A stretch of DNA of 58,984 nucleotides from Octopus bimaculoides (Eukaryota): contig NC_069004.1 of assembly GCF_001194135.2 (NCBI RefSeq), positions 24,675,047-24,734,030 on the forward strand, given 5' to 3'. Of this stretch, positions 39,345 to 52,284 are shown piece by piece; position 1 is the stretch's first letter; every line of letters begins with the position of its first letter. The notes under the pieces are model-generated. The model saw only the letters and a program-made list of their open reading frames with translations, did no database searches and had not been told where the DNA came from. Made by a program: the position numbers and the translations under genes.

Positions 39345-39689
39345 ACGTATCTCCATATGTATGTATGTGTGTGTGTACATGTATACAGACGCACACACGC
39401 GGACATACATACATGACACAAAGATGAGATATTTAATTGCTTCTCTCTCTGTAATTAATGCAACAGTTTACCTTATGTACTGCATCCTTTTATTCACAAG
39501 CACTCCACTACCACACGCACACATAAACACACATACGTAAGCTCATCAGCGCACATATAGATACATGTCCACATCCAAACAGACATCTATATTCGTTTCC
39601 AAAACCATATTTCCTGCAACGGCTGTAGTATTACTTGGATTGAGCCTAGTATTTAAGTGTACCCATTCATTACTAGAAACTATCTAATC

Positions 39690-39690
39690 G

Positions 39691-39730
<40 letters not shown>

Positions 39731-39732
39731 TG

Positions 39733-39797
<65 letters not shown>

Positions 39798-39851
39798 AAT
39801 AACAAAAGCAACAACAACCATAATAATAATAATAATAATAATAACAATAAC

Positions 39852-39908
<57 letters not shown>

Positions 39909-40403
39909 GCAACCATACTCTGGGATATGCNNNNNNNNNNNNNNNNNNNNNNNNNNNNNNNNNNNNNNNNNNNNNNNNNNNNNNNNNNNNNNNNNNNNNN
40001 NNNNNNNNNNNNNNNNNNNNNNNNNNNNNNNNNNNNNNNNNNNNNNNNNNNNNNNNNNNNNNNNNNNNNNNNNNNNNNNNNNNNNNNNNNNNNNNNNNNN
40101 NNNNNNNNNNNNNNNNNNNNNNNNNNNNNNNNNNNNNNNNNNNNNNNNNNNNNNNNNNNNNNNNNNNNNNNNNNNNNNNNNNNNNNNNNNNNNNNNNNNN
40201 NNNNNNNNNNNNNNNNNNNNNNNNNNNNNACGCAAAACACTTTCAATACAGTAAACATAAGAGCACCACAGCAAACCACAGCACATACCCAAGGTGCACA
40301 GAGCTGCGCTCGGTAGTGAAGTGAAAGCACGTTATAAAAATAAAACTACTGAACAATAATAATAATAATAATAATGATGATGATGATAATAATAATAGTG
40401 ATG

Positions 40404-40484
<81 letters not shown>

Positions 40485-40732
40485 GTAATAATAATAAAAA
40501 TAATAATGATGATAATCTTTTCTACTAAAGGCACAAAGCCTGAAATTTGGGGGGTGGGGGAGGACTAGTCGATTACATCGACCCCTGTGTTTCACTGGTA
40601 CTTAATTTATCGACCCCGAAAAGATGAAAGGTAATGTCGGCCACGGCGGAATTTGCACTCAGAACGTAGCGACGGACGAAATACCACTCAGCATTTCGTC
40701 TAGCGTGCTAACGATTCTGCCAGCTCGCCACC

Positions 40733-40826
<94 letters not shown>
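39690..40826. repeat. (TAA)n tracts enclosing a gap and a SINE family B copy (40517-40733, minus)
   Basis: Runs at about 39690-39905, 40353-40516 and 40734-40826. Confidence 0.9.
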
Positions 40827-40827
<1 letters not shown>

Positions 40828-40949
40828 CCTTTCTACTACCTGACTGGTGCTTAATTTATCGACACCAAAGGAAGAAAGGCAAAGTCGACCTCAGCAGAAT
40901 ATTTGAATTCAGAACGTAAATGCCACTAAGCATTTCGCCCGGCGCGGTA

Positions 40950-42160
40950 CCAATTGTGCCAGCTCACTCACCTGCTATTCATGGATGATTTGAAGTTGTT
41001 CGCAAAAGGTGAGGCAGAACTGGACAGTCTAGTTCAGTCTGTGTGGATTTTCTCAAATGGTATCATGATGGAGTTTGGACTCTTGAAATGTGCAATGATG
41101 GTGATGATGAAAGCAGGAAAGTTTGTCAGAACAAAAGGAATCTGTATGCCAAGCGGTGAAATGATGAACGTAATTGAACCTGAATCCGGATATAAACCTC
41201 TGAGAATAGTTGAATCAGATGGAAATATGCTCAATGATATGAAAGAAAAAACAAAGGAAATGTATCTGCGGTGATTGAGAAAAATATTGGATTCAAAGTT
41301 GAATGCCAGAAAAGTAACTTCAGCAATGAACTCGCTCGCAGACGCCGTGGTTCGGTATGATGCTGGAATTCTGAAGTGAAGGATGAGCCAAAGAAGTTGG
41401 AATGGAAGACAAGAAAGCTCCTAACAATGCATGGAACCGGTCAATGAGTTGCAGACACTGATCACCTATGCATGAAGACAGTAAACAATGGAATGGGTCT
41501 GGTAAATGTGGAAGATTGCGTGCATATCAAACTTGGGAACTTCCTGTGATATCTAACTCAAAGTGAGGAAACGTTGTTAGTGGCAGTTAGAAATGAGGGC
41601 GTGGTGAAAGCAGGGAAAAGGGAAGAGCAAAATAAGAATTGTAAGAAGGACATGAAGAAGCAATACACAAGGAACTACACAATGAACTCCGTGTAGCTAC
41701 AGACGAAGTTGCTGGAGAACATAGGGAGTACTTGTTGAAGAAAGGAACACCGATAAAAGAGACGGAGAGTCCTATATTGACAGTGCAAGACCAAATTTTG
41801 GCCACAAATTGGAGGGTTAACCTTAGGAATGAGCAAGTGTCTTCAGTGAGTCAAATCTGCATCAGAGTTGATGGAACCATTACCCATATAGTGAATGAAT
41901 GCCTTCAACAATATAAGTAGTGGCGAAACGATGACGTAACGAAAATGCCTAGAGAGAGTTAAGACGCGGTATCAGCACAAACGCAGAGTGGCGGAGGCGG
42001 AGACCTGCAAAATCCCATGGCATTTCCCAATCCAAACAGACCAGATGTTTGAGAATAACAAGCAGGACCTAATAGCGGTGCACAACGTGAACCACATGTG
42101 CTCTATAATTGATGCTGCGTGCACCTCCTTTGACTCAGGAATAATAAAGAAGGAAGGCGA
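40950..42160 (+). mobile_element. 5-prime truncated R4/Dong-like RLE LINE (RT C-terminus, zinc knuckle, endonuclease), decayed
   Basis: LTHLLFMDDLKLFAK, FSNGIMMEFGLLKCA, KILDSKLNARK, ILTVQDQILAT, TITHIVNEC and IPWHFPIQTD..NNKQDLIAV..CSIIDAAC. Confidence 0.85.
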
Positions 42161-42192
<32 letters not shown>

Positions 42193-42419
42193 ATGTATCT
42201 ATGTATCCTTTTATTCTTTTATTTGTTTCAGTCATTTGACTGCAGCCATGCTGGAGCACTGCCTTGTGTTTCTATACAAACACATACATTAACACGCATG
42301 CACACGCACGCACACACATATATCTATACAAGTATATATGTATCTGTCTGTATAGTCTGCGGTATACTATTCCTGAAAAGTATGAGACAAATTGATGGTA
42401 ACTGAAATGTCCTGAACAA

Positions 42420-44340
42420 TGCAACAACAATAGTAAGAATAACAACTACAAAACAACTAACAACAACAAAAATGAAGGTTGACCATAACAGCACGAAAAC
42501 CACTGTAACCAACACCTCCTATCACAACCGCCGACAACAACAGCAACAACAAAAAAACAGCAACAGCAGGAGCACCACCACCACCACCATCACCACCACC
42601 ATCACCACCACCATCACCACCACCACCACCGCCAAATATAACAACGACAATAACAGCAATAACAACGAAGCTACCACCACTACAACCACCAGCACACCAA
42701 AATGACAACATGACCACTACTACCACCTCCACCACTACTACACCCTCAAAGACCAATAACAACAAAAAATAACAGGAACAACAATAGTAATCACTAAAGT
42801 ACTACCACGACCATAACCACATCAAACCCCACCACCACCACCACCACCACCACCACTACCGCTACCAAAACTGCCACTAACAAGAACAACCAATATTACC
42901 ACCAACACCAACACCAACACCAACACCACCAGCAACAGTAACGACTCTCTCGGCATTAGTAACACTACTTCCACCACTACCACCAACATCACCACCACCA
43001 ACGCACTAAAAGCAACAGCACTACCACCACTACAAACACAAACAACAAACAACACTACCACCATCACCACAGCAACAACAACAACAACTACAATAAGAGG
43101 TTGCAATAAGATATATGAAAGCTAGTAATGAGAGAGATTGTTGGCAGATAGAGTTTCTATGGCAGACATGTTTTTCTACGATGGAAGATAAAGTTGAAAC
43201 GAGAGAGGGAACTGAAATATGTTCAAATAATTGGTCAAAGACAACGATATATTTATATGGAAGAAAGAATAGCCAATACTTTGATGATTTCTCGAAGTTA
43301 TTTTGGTAAATAGTGCTTCAGTTGTTGCTCATGCTGCTGTTGTTGTTGTTGTTACTGTACTTCCTGTCTTCTTTGAGTTTTTCGTTTTCAATCTTCTGAT
43401 GTCTGATCACCGTCACCACCATCACCAGCAGCGCCATCAATACCCTCACCACTAACTAACCTCCCCATATAACAACATCACCACCACCATAACCACCACC
43501 ACCATAACCACCGCCATCACCACCACCACCACCACCACTACCACCACCACCACCACCACCACCAACACCAACACCAACACCGCCAGCGCCCCCGCTTCAC
43601 CACTACCATCCACCACCACCGCCACCACCGCCGTCGCCACCACCAACACCCCCCACCCCCCATAATCATCACTATCACCATCTTCANNNNNNNNNNNNNN
43701 NNNNNNNNNNNNNNNNNNNNNNNNNNNNNNNNNNNNNNNNNNNNNNNNNNNNNNNNNNNNNNNNNNNNNNNNNNNNNNNNNNNNNNNNNNNNNNNNNNNN
43801 NNNNNNNNNNNNNNNNNNNNNNNNNNNNNNNNNNNNNNNNNNNNNNNNNNNNNNNNNNNNNNNNNNNNNNNNNNNNNNNNNNNNNNNNNNNNNNNNNNNN
43901 NNNNNNNNNNNNNNNNNNNNNNNNNNNNNNNNNNNNNNNNNNNNNNNNNNNNNNNNNNNNNNNNNNNNNNNNNNNNNNNNNNNNNNNNNNNNNNNNNNNN
44001 NNNNNNNNNNNNNNNNNNNNNNNNNNNNNNNNNNNNNNNNNNNNNNNNNNNNNNNNNNNNNNNNNNNNNNNNNNNNNNNNNNNNNNNNNNNNNNNNNNNN
44101 NNNNNNNNNNNNNNNNNNNNNNNNACCACCACCACCACCACCACCAACACCAACACCAACACCGCCAGCGCCCCCGCTTCACCACTACCATCCACCACCA
44201 CCGCCACCACCGCCGTCGCCACCACCAACACCCCCCACCCCCCATAATCATCACTATCACCATCTTCATCATAGTGATCATTGTCATTATCATCATCGTA
44301 TCGGTCGCCGACATCGTCCACATCATCATTATAATCATCA
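42420..44340. repeat. (AAC)n/(ACC)n degenerate arrays with a gap
   Basis: Read directly. Confidence 0.9.
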
Positions 44341-45247
44341 CTAAATCCAATACGAATACAACATCTCTATATTATTATATCTATGAAAACACCACACTAC
44401 AAGAGACTACAGTGATAATACCAAACTATATAAATCTCTGTAACATGACACAAGCTATTTATTAAATCGGTAAATCCTATAACTTTACTACTGATTTCAA
44501 ATTACGGCCAGCAATTTCAGAGGGGATAAGTCGATTACATTGACCTCAATGATCAGCCGGTACTTATACATATATTAGTTCGTTATGCCATGTGGTCAGT
44601 GTCTGATGATTGTGCTGGAACACCAGACGTGTTATACAATAATGTTTGTCATGTTCTCAGCACATGAAACTAATAGTAGCACATAAAAAAATACATTGTG
44701 TCTATTAAATATCATTTATCTCTCATAAGATGGAAAATATTTTTGTTGATCTTATCATCACGGAACAGTACACTATATATATAGTGAAGGTGCGTGGTTA
44801 GTTACTTGCTTGTGGTTTAAGCTTGTTAAAGAGTTTAGTGTGTGTGTGTGTGTGTATTTGTTCATTTCTTTTTTTGTAGTGTGTGTGTGTGTGTGTATTT
44901 GTTCATTTCTTTTTTTGTAGTGTGTGTGTTGTTCTCTGTGTGTATTTATAGTGGTGTATGTGTGTGCATATATTTGTGCTTTTTTGTCTTTTTGGTGGTG
45001 TATGTGTGTGCGCATTTATGTGTTTTTTTTCTTTTAGAAATACGTTCTGGAATTCGTGGTGTGTGTGGTTACGTTGTGTGGTTTTGATTTTATGATGTGC
45101 GTGTGTGTGCGTGTGTGTGTGTGTGTGTGTGTGCGTTTGTATATCTATCTTTGTCTTTCTCTCCCTCTCTGAATATATCTGCCTATATATGTATGTTTGT
45201 ATATATTTATACGCGCATTCATACCTAAATACATTTATATGCATATA

Positions 45248-45454
45248 CGAAAGGGTGCTGAAAGGTTCTTGGCTTTTAAAAAATACAGCAGGACCAGTTA
45301 ATTATGATTTTATTCAACATATTCCCCCTCAAATTTACACACGCATTGCAGCAGCTCTTCTTTTGAAACCCTTTAAAAGAACTCGGAAGTTTTCGACCTC
45401 CAACCATGCCTTTCGCGACACCCTTAGAACCAGTAACTTTCCAACATCCCCTCA
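45248..45454. mobile_element. Mariner-type MITE with degenerate terminal inverted repeats
   Basis: Left TA|CGAAAGGGTGCTGAAAGGTTCTTGGCT versus reverse-complemented right end GAGGGGATGTTGGAAAGTTACTGGTT. Confidence 0.55.
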
Positions 45455-45543
45455 CACACACACACTCACACACATACACATATAAATTACTTTACAGTAT
45501 GTATCATATTTTTATTAATCCGTTATATTTCTTTTATTTTCAG

Positions 45544-46520
45544 CCTGTGAATCCAGCGATTGCTACCTCCCTCACTGTCATTGTCCCGGTGCGAAAATTC
45601 CTGGTGGATTGTCCGTCCAAGAAACTCCAATGATGGTCATGATCACATTCGATGACGAAATATCCGCAGCTTACTACGGATACTTCCAGCGTCTCTTTCG
45701 TCCGGGCCGCTACAATCCGAACGGCTGTCCATTCCGTGGGGCAATGTACGTCTCTGGTGAAGGCACCAACTACGATCTCGTGTATCCTCTATATGCTATG
45801 GGCAACGAAATTGCCTGTCACACGGTGAGCCATCGCTTCCCGCATACATGGTGGGCCAACGCCAGCTACGAAGAGTATATGTCCGAAATTCAAGGTATGA
45901 AAAATAATTTGATAGAGAAATCCGGAATATCTGCAGAAGACATCAAAGGTTTTCGCGTTCCGTTCCTTCAGCTCGGTGGAGACAACATGTATCGCGCCGT
46001 GTATGATGCCGATTTAGTTTATGACACGTCTATGTTTACAGGCCCCGTTTGGGAGGGCGGTGAAGATCCGATTTGGCCCTTCACGTTGGATTTTGTACCC
46101 GACCAGAAATTTTGTCAGCATGGACCGTGCCCGCAGCGGCAGTACCCAGGCCTGTGGGAAATCCCAGTCCAACGTTGGTATGGAGTCGATGGTCATTCGT
46201 GTGCCATGCCTGATGGCTGCACGTCGACAGCATCGACGGAAGAAGCGCTCCAATTTCTGAGGAAGAACTTCTATAGTTATTACAACAGTAACCGGGCTCC
46301 GCTCGGTATATTCGTGCATGCGCGTTGGTTCCACGTGGAGCATCACCTGGAGGCACTCGATGCCTTTATAGACGAACTAATGCAGCTGGATGACGTCTGG
46401 ATTGTGACTCCTAGTCAAGTGCTGGAATGGATGAAAAAACCTACGTCCATATACGAAATACAGTTTTTCAAACCGTGGAGTTGCGAAGGAGCAATGAAAG
46501 AGGCATCTAGACGAAAGTAA
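45544..46520 (+). CDS. Cda: Chitin deacetylase gene, terminal coding exon: complete arthropod-CDA-like CE4 polysaccharide deacetylase catalytic domain
   Basis: Pyrimidine-rich acceptor TTTCTTTTATTTTCAG ends at 45543. The junction T|CC makes Ser, then CESSDCYLPHCHCPGAKIPGGLSVQETPMMVMITFDD. Motifs: TFDD (45645-45656), HTVSH (45819-45833), GFRVPF (RVPF 45954-45965), YDTSM, WPFTLD, PGLWEIP and NRAPLGIFVH (His 46317-46319). Uninterrupted frame to TAA at 46518-46520. A possible GTAAAG donor at 46517 cannot be excluded. Confidence 0.95.
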
Positions 46521-46741
46521 AGTAATAGTATATATNNNNNNNNNNNNNNNNNNNNNTATATATATATATATATATATGCACAATATAATACATATACACA
46601 ATATAATACAGGTATCCACGCATATATAACATATATATACATCAAGCAAATGTTGGGGGTGAGGGCAATTCGCAATGATCTGAGACTACGGTCTAAAGGC
46701 AAATATATATATATATAATAATTAAAAGGAAAAGAGAAAAA

Positions 46742-46751
46742 AATAAATAAA
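46742..46751 (+). terminator. Candidate polyadenylation signal (overlapping AATAAA hexamers)
   Basis: AATAAATAAA about 220 nt after the stop codon; the AT-rich context makes a chance match likely. Confidence 0.3.
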
Positions 46752-46973
46752 AGCTAACTACCTGCAAGACTTGTTCTTAAGCTTTTGATAACATCACGTA
46801 TTCTAAAACATATGGTGTTATCTCACCACCGCTGATTATGCGGTTGTAAATATATAATATATGTATACGTATGTATGCATGTAAGTATGTATGTATGTAT
46901 GTATGTATGTATGTATGTATGTATGAATGTATGGATGTATGAATGTATGTATGCATGTATGTATGCATGTATG

Positions 46974-47024
<51 letters not shown>

Positions 47025-47085
47025 GCACACCTACATACATATACATATGCAAATATATAAATATATATATAGTGCATGTATGTGA

Positions 47086-47119
<34 letters not shown>

Positions 47120-47737
47120 GTATAGACGCGTACATACATAAGGAATATTGGTGAATGTATTTGTAATGAGACGCATTCACACACACACACATACACACAT
47201 ACACATACACACACACACACACGCAGCACACACGCCTGTGTATATTCAAATGTATAAATATACAGGCTGACACACTTACACACATACATCCATGCATACA
47301 CTTACACATCTAAACTGTCACATATATATATAAACGTAACTTTACACATTTCATAAAACTGAATATCAATGGATACTGAATATCAAGCAAACTGCTTGTG
47401 TGTGTGTGTGTGTTTTCAGGAGTGTTTGTCTGAATGTGTATGTTTAGAATGATGTATATTTGTTCGTATAACTTTTATTTTCCATGCAAGCGAGTGACTA
47501 TAATATTATTGTTAACTGTTTTACTTCCATTGTCCTTTTCCCTTGATTTCATTACATTTAACACCACATATTGTGAACAACAGCATTGTTAGAGGTTTCC
47601 AGACCAGCAATTACTGCTCTTCAGTATTACCGACATCAAGAGTGACAAGACCTGATTCATAATACAGTCTTTATACATTCCTTCTAGCGTACACTTTATT
47701 CTCTCCCTTCTCTCTCCCTTTACTCTCTCTCTCTCTC

Positions 47738-47788
<51 letters not shown>

Positions 47789-48521
47789 CTCTCTCTCTTT
47801 CGCTCTCTCTCTTACATATAGTTACATAGTTACATAACTTCATGCATTCATAAATACAAACGTACATAAAAACATATATGTGCATGAAAGCATACGTAGT
47901 TGGTTACGTGACAGAGTACCTCGGTAATAATTTAAAGAAGCTGCGTTTTATAAAACCAGAAACGAACACGCTTAATCATAAATTTACGGCAACTATATAT
48001 ATATATATATAACAATACAAATAATATGTGAGTATATGCATATATACGTACATGTATGTACAATATATTCTTTCACCTCGGTCACTATCTGGCATATACA
48101 GGTGCTTACAATTATCAAGTATTACCTCTAAAATTTGTTTTATCTACATGTATATATAGATGCATATCTAGGTAAAGGACGTCACAAAAAAAAAAACGTG
48201 GACAAAATGAAAAACAGAACATAAGCAGAGTACAGAAAACACACAGGCCACATAGAGAAAATTTCCTTCATCAGCTGCCACCATTCTAAACCTAAGCGTT
48301 TCATAACAGGCAAAATGTTTAACACATGTTAAGCTCCAGATGTAATGACACCCGTGACAGCTCTCATGTATGCTTGCGCATATATAATATACATTTTGTA
48401 TGTGTGTGTGTGTGTGTGTGTGTGTAACGTTTATGTATTTGTTTTGCAAGATTCTTGATGTAAAATCGATTGTGTGTTGAAATAGATATTGTTATATTTC
48501 GGGATGGTCATTTTTTTCTTG

Positions 48522-48771
48522 CCAAATAAACACACGCTCGATATATTCGTTCTCCACTTGTTTATTATTGCTCTCATTTTATGTTCATTGTCTGGAATTC
48601 TTTCGTCACACGTGTGTAGCCTCTTCAGTGACCCACTATCCCACGTGTCTGATGGACGGTCGCTGAAGAGGTCACAGGATATGTGACAAAATATTCCCAG
48701 ACACAAAATAATACAAATAATAAAATAAATCTAAAACGATAAACGAATGAACCGTGCGTGTGTTTATTTGG
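48522..48771. repeat. Imperfect inverted repeat of two about 112-bp Penelope-type units, each with a hammerhead-like core
   Basis: Outer 16 bp CCAAATAAACACACGC match perfectly; inner arms GGTC(A/G)CTGAAGAGG..TGTGAC(G/A)AAA..TTCC..AGAC; 24-nt spacer. Confidence 0.75.
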
Positions 48772-48777
48772 TATACA

Positions 48778-48835
<58 letters not shown>

Positions 48836-49193
48836 AAATAGTGAGGGATTATCAATTCGGGTAAATATTACTTAGATTAGTCAACAATTCCAGGTAATCT
48901 TTTGGTAGGGTCCAAGATTATTGTTCATTACAATTCTGTATTGTAAACCCGTGGACGGACTCAGACAAACTGGTTTTTACACAAAGGGATATATATAAGA
49001 AACAAGCTAAAAATATTGGTCATTACATATTTTTCCTTTATTGGAGAAAATTTGGCTCCAATAAAGGAATACGTATTGACCAATAAAGGAATACGTAATA
49101 AAGGAATACATATACATATAACACATGCAAACGCACATATGATGCTAGTCCATTGCATTCTGAGTAAATTCTGTTATGATTATTATGATACGA

Positions 49194-49224
<31 letters not shown>

Positions 49225-49543
49225 ACTGAATGTTTATATGAATGAGTGAATGCGTCCACGCGCATGCGTGGGCGTATACGTGTGATGATATACTAAGAGG
49301 AGGAAAAACCTCGTTGCAATATTTTATAAATGTACATATGTTAACCAACCGTTGTTTGGTATTAGATTTATATATAAACTTATATTATACATTATGTAAT
49401 ATATCTTATATTTGTTATCTTTATATTTCTTGTAACATTCCATTAATATTGATAAATAAATGATTAATTTACAACATCATAATTGCTTTCTGTGTTGTTT
49501 GATATCACCTCCCCCTCTCTCCTCGTTCTTTTTTCTTATTTTT

Positions 49544-49860
49544 TTCTTTTATTTGTTTCAGTCATTTGACTGCGGCCATGCTGGAGCACCACCTTTAGTC
49601 GACCAAATCGACCCCAGGACTTATTCTTTGTAAGCCTAGTACTTATTCTATCGGTCTCTCTTTCACCGAACCGCTAATGTTATGTGGACGTAAAGACACC
49701 AGCATCGGTTGTCAAGCGATGGTGTTTACGTCCCGTAACTTAGTGGTTCGGAATAAGCTTACAAAGAATAAATCCTGGGATCGATTTGGTCGAGTAAAAG
49801 CGGTGCTCCAGCATGGACGGGGACAAATGACTGAAACAAGTAAAAGAATAAAAGAATAAA
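49544..49860. repeat. Fold-back of two SINE family A tail halves (long hairpin, about 20-nt loop at 49701-49720)
   Basis: The reverse complement of the left arm matches the right arm through GCTTACAAAGAATAA..GGTGCTCCAGCATGG..CAAATGACTGAAACAA. Confidence 0.9.
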
Positions 49861-50509
49861 TGTTGCCAGTGGCAAAAATCATAAACGTAACAACACGCGA
49901 TCATACTGGTTGCTGGTAGTAGAAGTGGTTTAAATAAAGAGAAACTACAAGATAAAGTACATCATGCCAGTATGAAAACTACAAAATAACGTTTGGTTAA
50001 ATCCACTCACAATATAGGAACTTATCTATCTATACATTTAAATACATATATAAATAGATAAATAAATGAATATTTAAATACATCTGTCGCATACCTGTGA
50101 TAAATGTAAGACAGAGACAGATAAAAGAAACAAATAAAACAATAGAAAGGGCATGGATACATACGAAGAGAACCCATACACGCACACAAACACACACATG
50201 AAACTTCATGGACGGCCATATGATATCAACAACACAACTACCATGGTCAGCAGCAGCGGCGGTGCCGACTATGGCAATAACAACTACAACGATGGAAACA
50301 CCGTGGGGGAACACACATACACAGAGGAATACAGGAACTGTATTATTTGGGTTTTTTTTTGGGGGGGGGCTTAGGACAGCAGCAGCACAATAGGCTGAGA
50401 GTATGGGGCTGAGGGGAAGGCCACACTGCTACAAAAACCTGTGACACACACACAAGCATTCACACACAGACACACGCACACGTACGCACAAACAAGGACA
50501 TATATTACT

Positions 50510-50890
50510 CGGAACCATGTGGTTGCTTCTCAGCCACATGGTTCCGAGTTCAGTCTCTCTGCATGGCACTTTGGGTAAATATTTTTTACTGTAGCCTCGG
50601 ACCAAACAAAGCCTTGTGAGTGGACTCGGTAGACGGAAACTAAAAGCCCGTCGTATGTATATATCTATGTGCGTGTCTTTGTGCTTGTCCCCTCACCATT
50701 GCTTGACAACTGATGTTGGTGTGTTTACGTCCCGTAACTTATCAGTTCGGCAAAAGTGACCGATAAAATAAGCACTTGGCTTACAAAGAATAAGTTATGG
50801 GATCGATTTCTTCGACTAAAAACCCTTTAAAGCGGTGCTCCAACATGGCCGCAATCAAATGACTGAAGGAAGTAAAAGAATAAGAAAACC
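50510..50890 (+). mobile_element. SINE family A
   Basis: Head and tail halves with a short internal microsatellite. Confidence 0.85.
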
Positions 50891-51029
50891 CACACACGCA
50901 CACATATATAAGTTGAATGTAGAATAATAAATTATCCAGGCGGGTACTATAATAGCTCTCAGGTATGTTCCAGGTTACGGCTAACCCCATCATGTCGTAA
51001 TGGTTGAGATCACAACTAACCCCGCGTTC

Positions 51030-51430
51030 AACTGATATTTATTTAATCGAATCCCCGAAAATATGAAAGGTAAAGTTGACCGCGGTGGAATTTGAACTCA
51101 GAGTCAGAAGAACTGCCGCTTGGCATTTTGTACAGCGTGTAAATCATTCTGCAACGTCAACACTCTCAGCAAAAAATCGTAATAGTAATAATAATTATTA
51201 TTTTCCCGAATGGCACAAGGCCTGAAATTTGTGGGGAAGGGACTAGTCAATTAGATCGGCCCCAGTATTTAAGTGCTACTTAATCTATGGACCCTGAAAA
51301 GATTAAAGGCAAAGTTTTCTCGGCGGAATTTGAACTCAGAGTCGGAATAATCTGCCGCTTAGCATTTTGTAAAGCGTGGGAACAATTCTACGACATTAAA
51401 AACACGTTCAGCATAAAAAGGTAATAATAA
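51030..51430 (-). mobile_element. Two old SINE family B copies in tandem with shared flank
   Basis: GGAATTTGAACTCAGAGTC..CTGCCGCTT..GCATTTTGTA occurs twice, each followed by ACAC..TCAGCA.AAAA..GTAATA.TAATA. Confidence 0.75.
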
Positions 51431-52248
51431 TATTAATAAAGTTAGGTGCGATGCTTATCTTAATACAAAAGTCATGTCCTTGAGTGATGCACGTGGAATG
51501 CTTTTCGTTTTCGATTTCAGACATTTTATTCCATTTGCCATTGTTGTTATCGCTGGACATAATTAACTTTTACACTCAGTAATCAAAGTTTGATTAACAT
51601 CGATTACAAGTTGTCGATCAATTGAATTTTCATCGATAAATGAATAAATGATTGCTTCAAATTTTTTTTGCCACAAGGGCAGCTTGGGGGGAGATGGTAC
51701 TTAACTGGTACTTATTTTAATTCAGAACGTAGGAACGTTTGACTCTGCTGTACGCTCCAATTTTTGTTTAAAATTTTCATGATGTAGTTAATAGCACCAG
51801 AAGGAAATGAGATCATTATATAAAAACACAACACACAAACAAAAACACATGAATATGCAGAATACATACATACATACAAACATACATACATACAAACATA
51901 CACACGTACATATGGACATACGCGCACACACACATACATACATGCATACACATACTTACAAGCATACATACATACATACATGCATACATGTGTATGCGCA
52001 CATACACTGACCTACACAGAAAAAAGCGCAGCTCAGAGAACGGAAAGAGTCAACGACTATTGAAAAGGTTGCAAGGCGCAACGAAAATTTTAGGAAAAGT
52101 AAATAAGTAAATGAGTGGAATCTTTACTGGTGAGTGTGTTAAGTAATAAGAAGGTATTAAAAGAGAATGACTCTCCCCGGACACAACAAAATATGCTTCA
52201 ACACACGAACTCACATAAAGCATCTTGCAAACCAAATCCCAAAACGAC

Positions 52249-52284
<36 letters not shown>

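Noticed and set aside
46014-46356. Overlapping antisense and alternate-frame ORFs on the deacetylase exon
   Set aside because: Shadow ORFs expected from a GC-rich coding exon.
50153-50393. Short ORFs downstream of the gene as a possible extra 3-prime exon
   Set aside because: Look like decayed AAC/CAG repeats; no matching acceptor or homology, and the upstream exon already has an in-frame stop.
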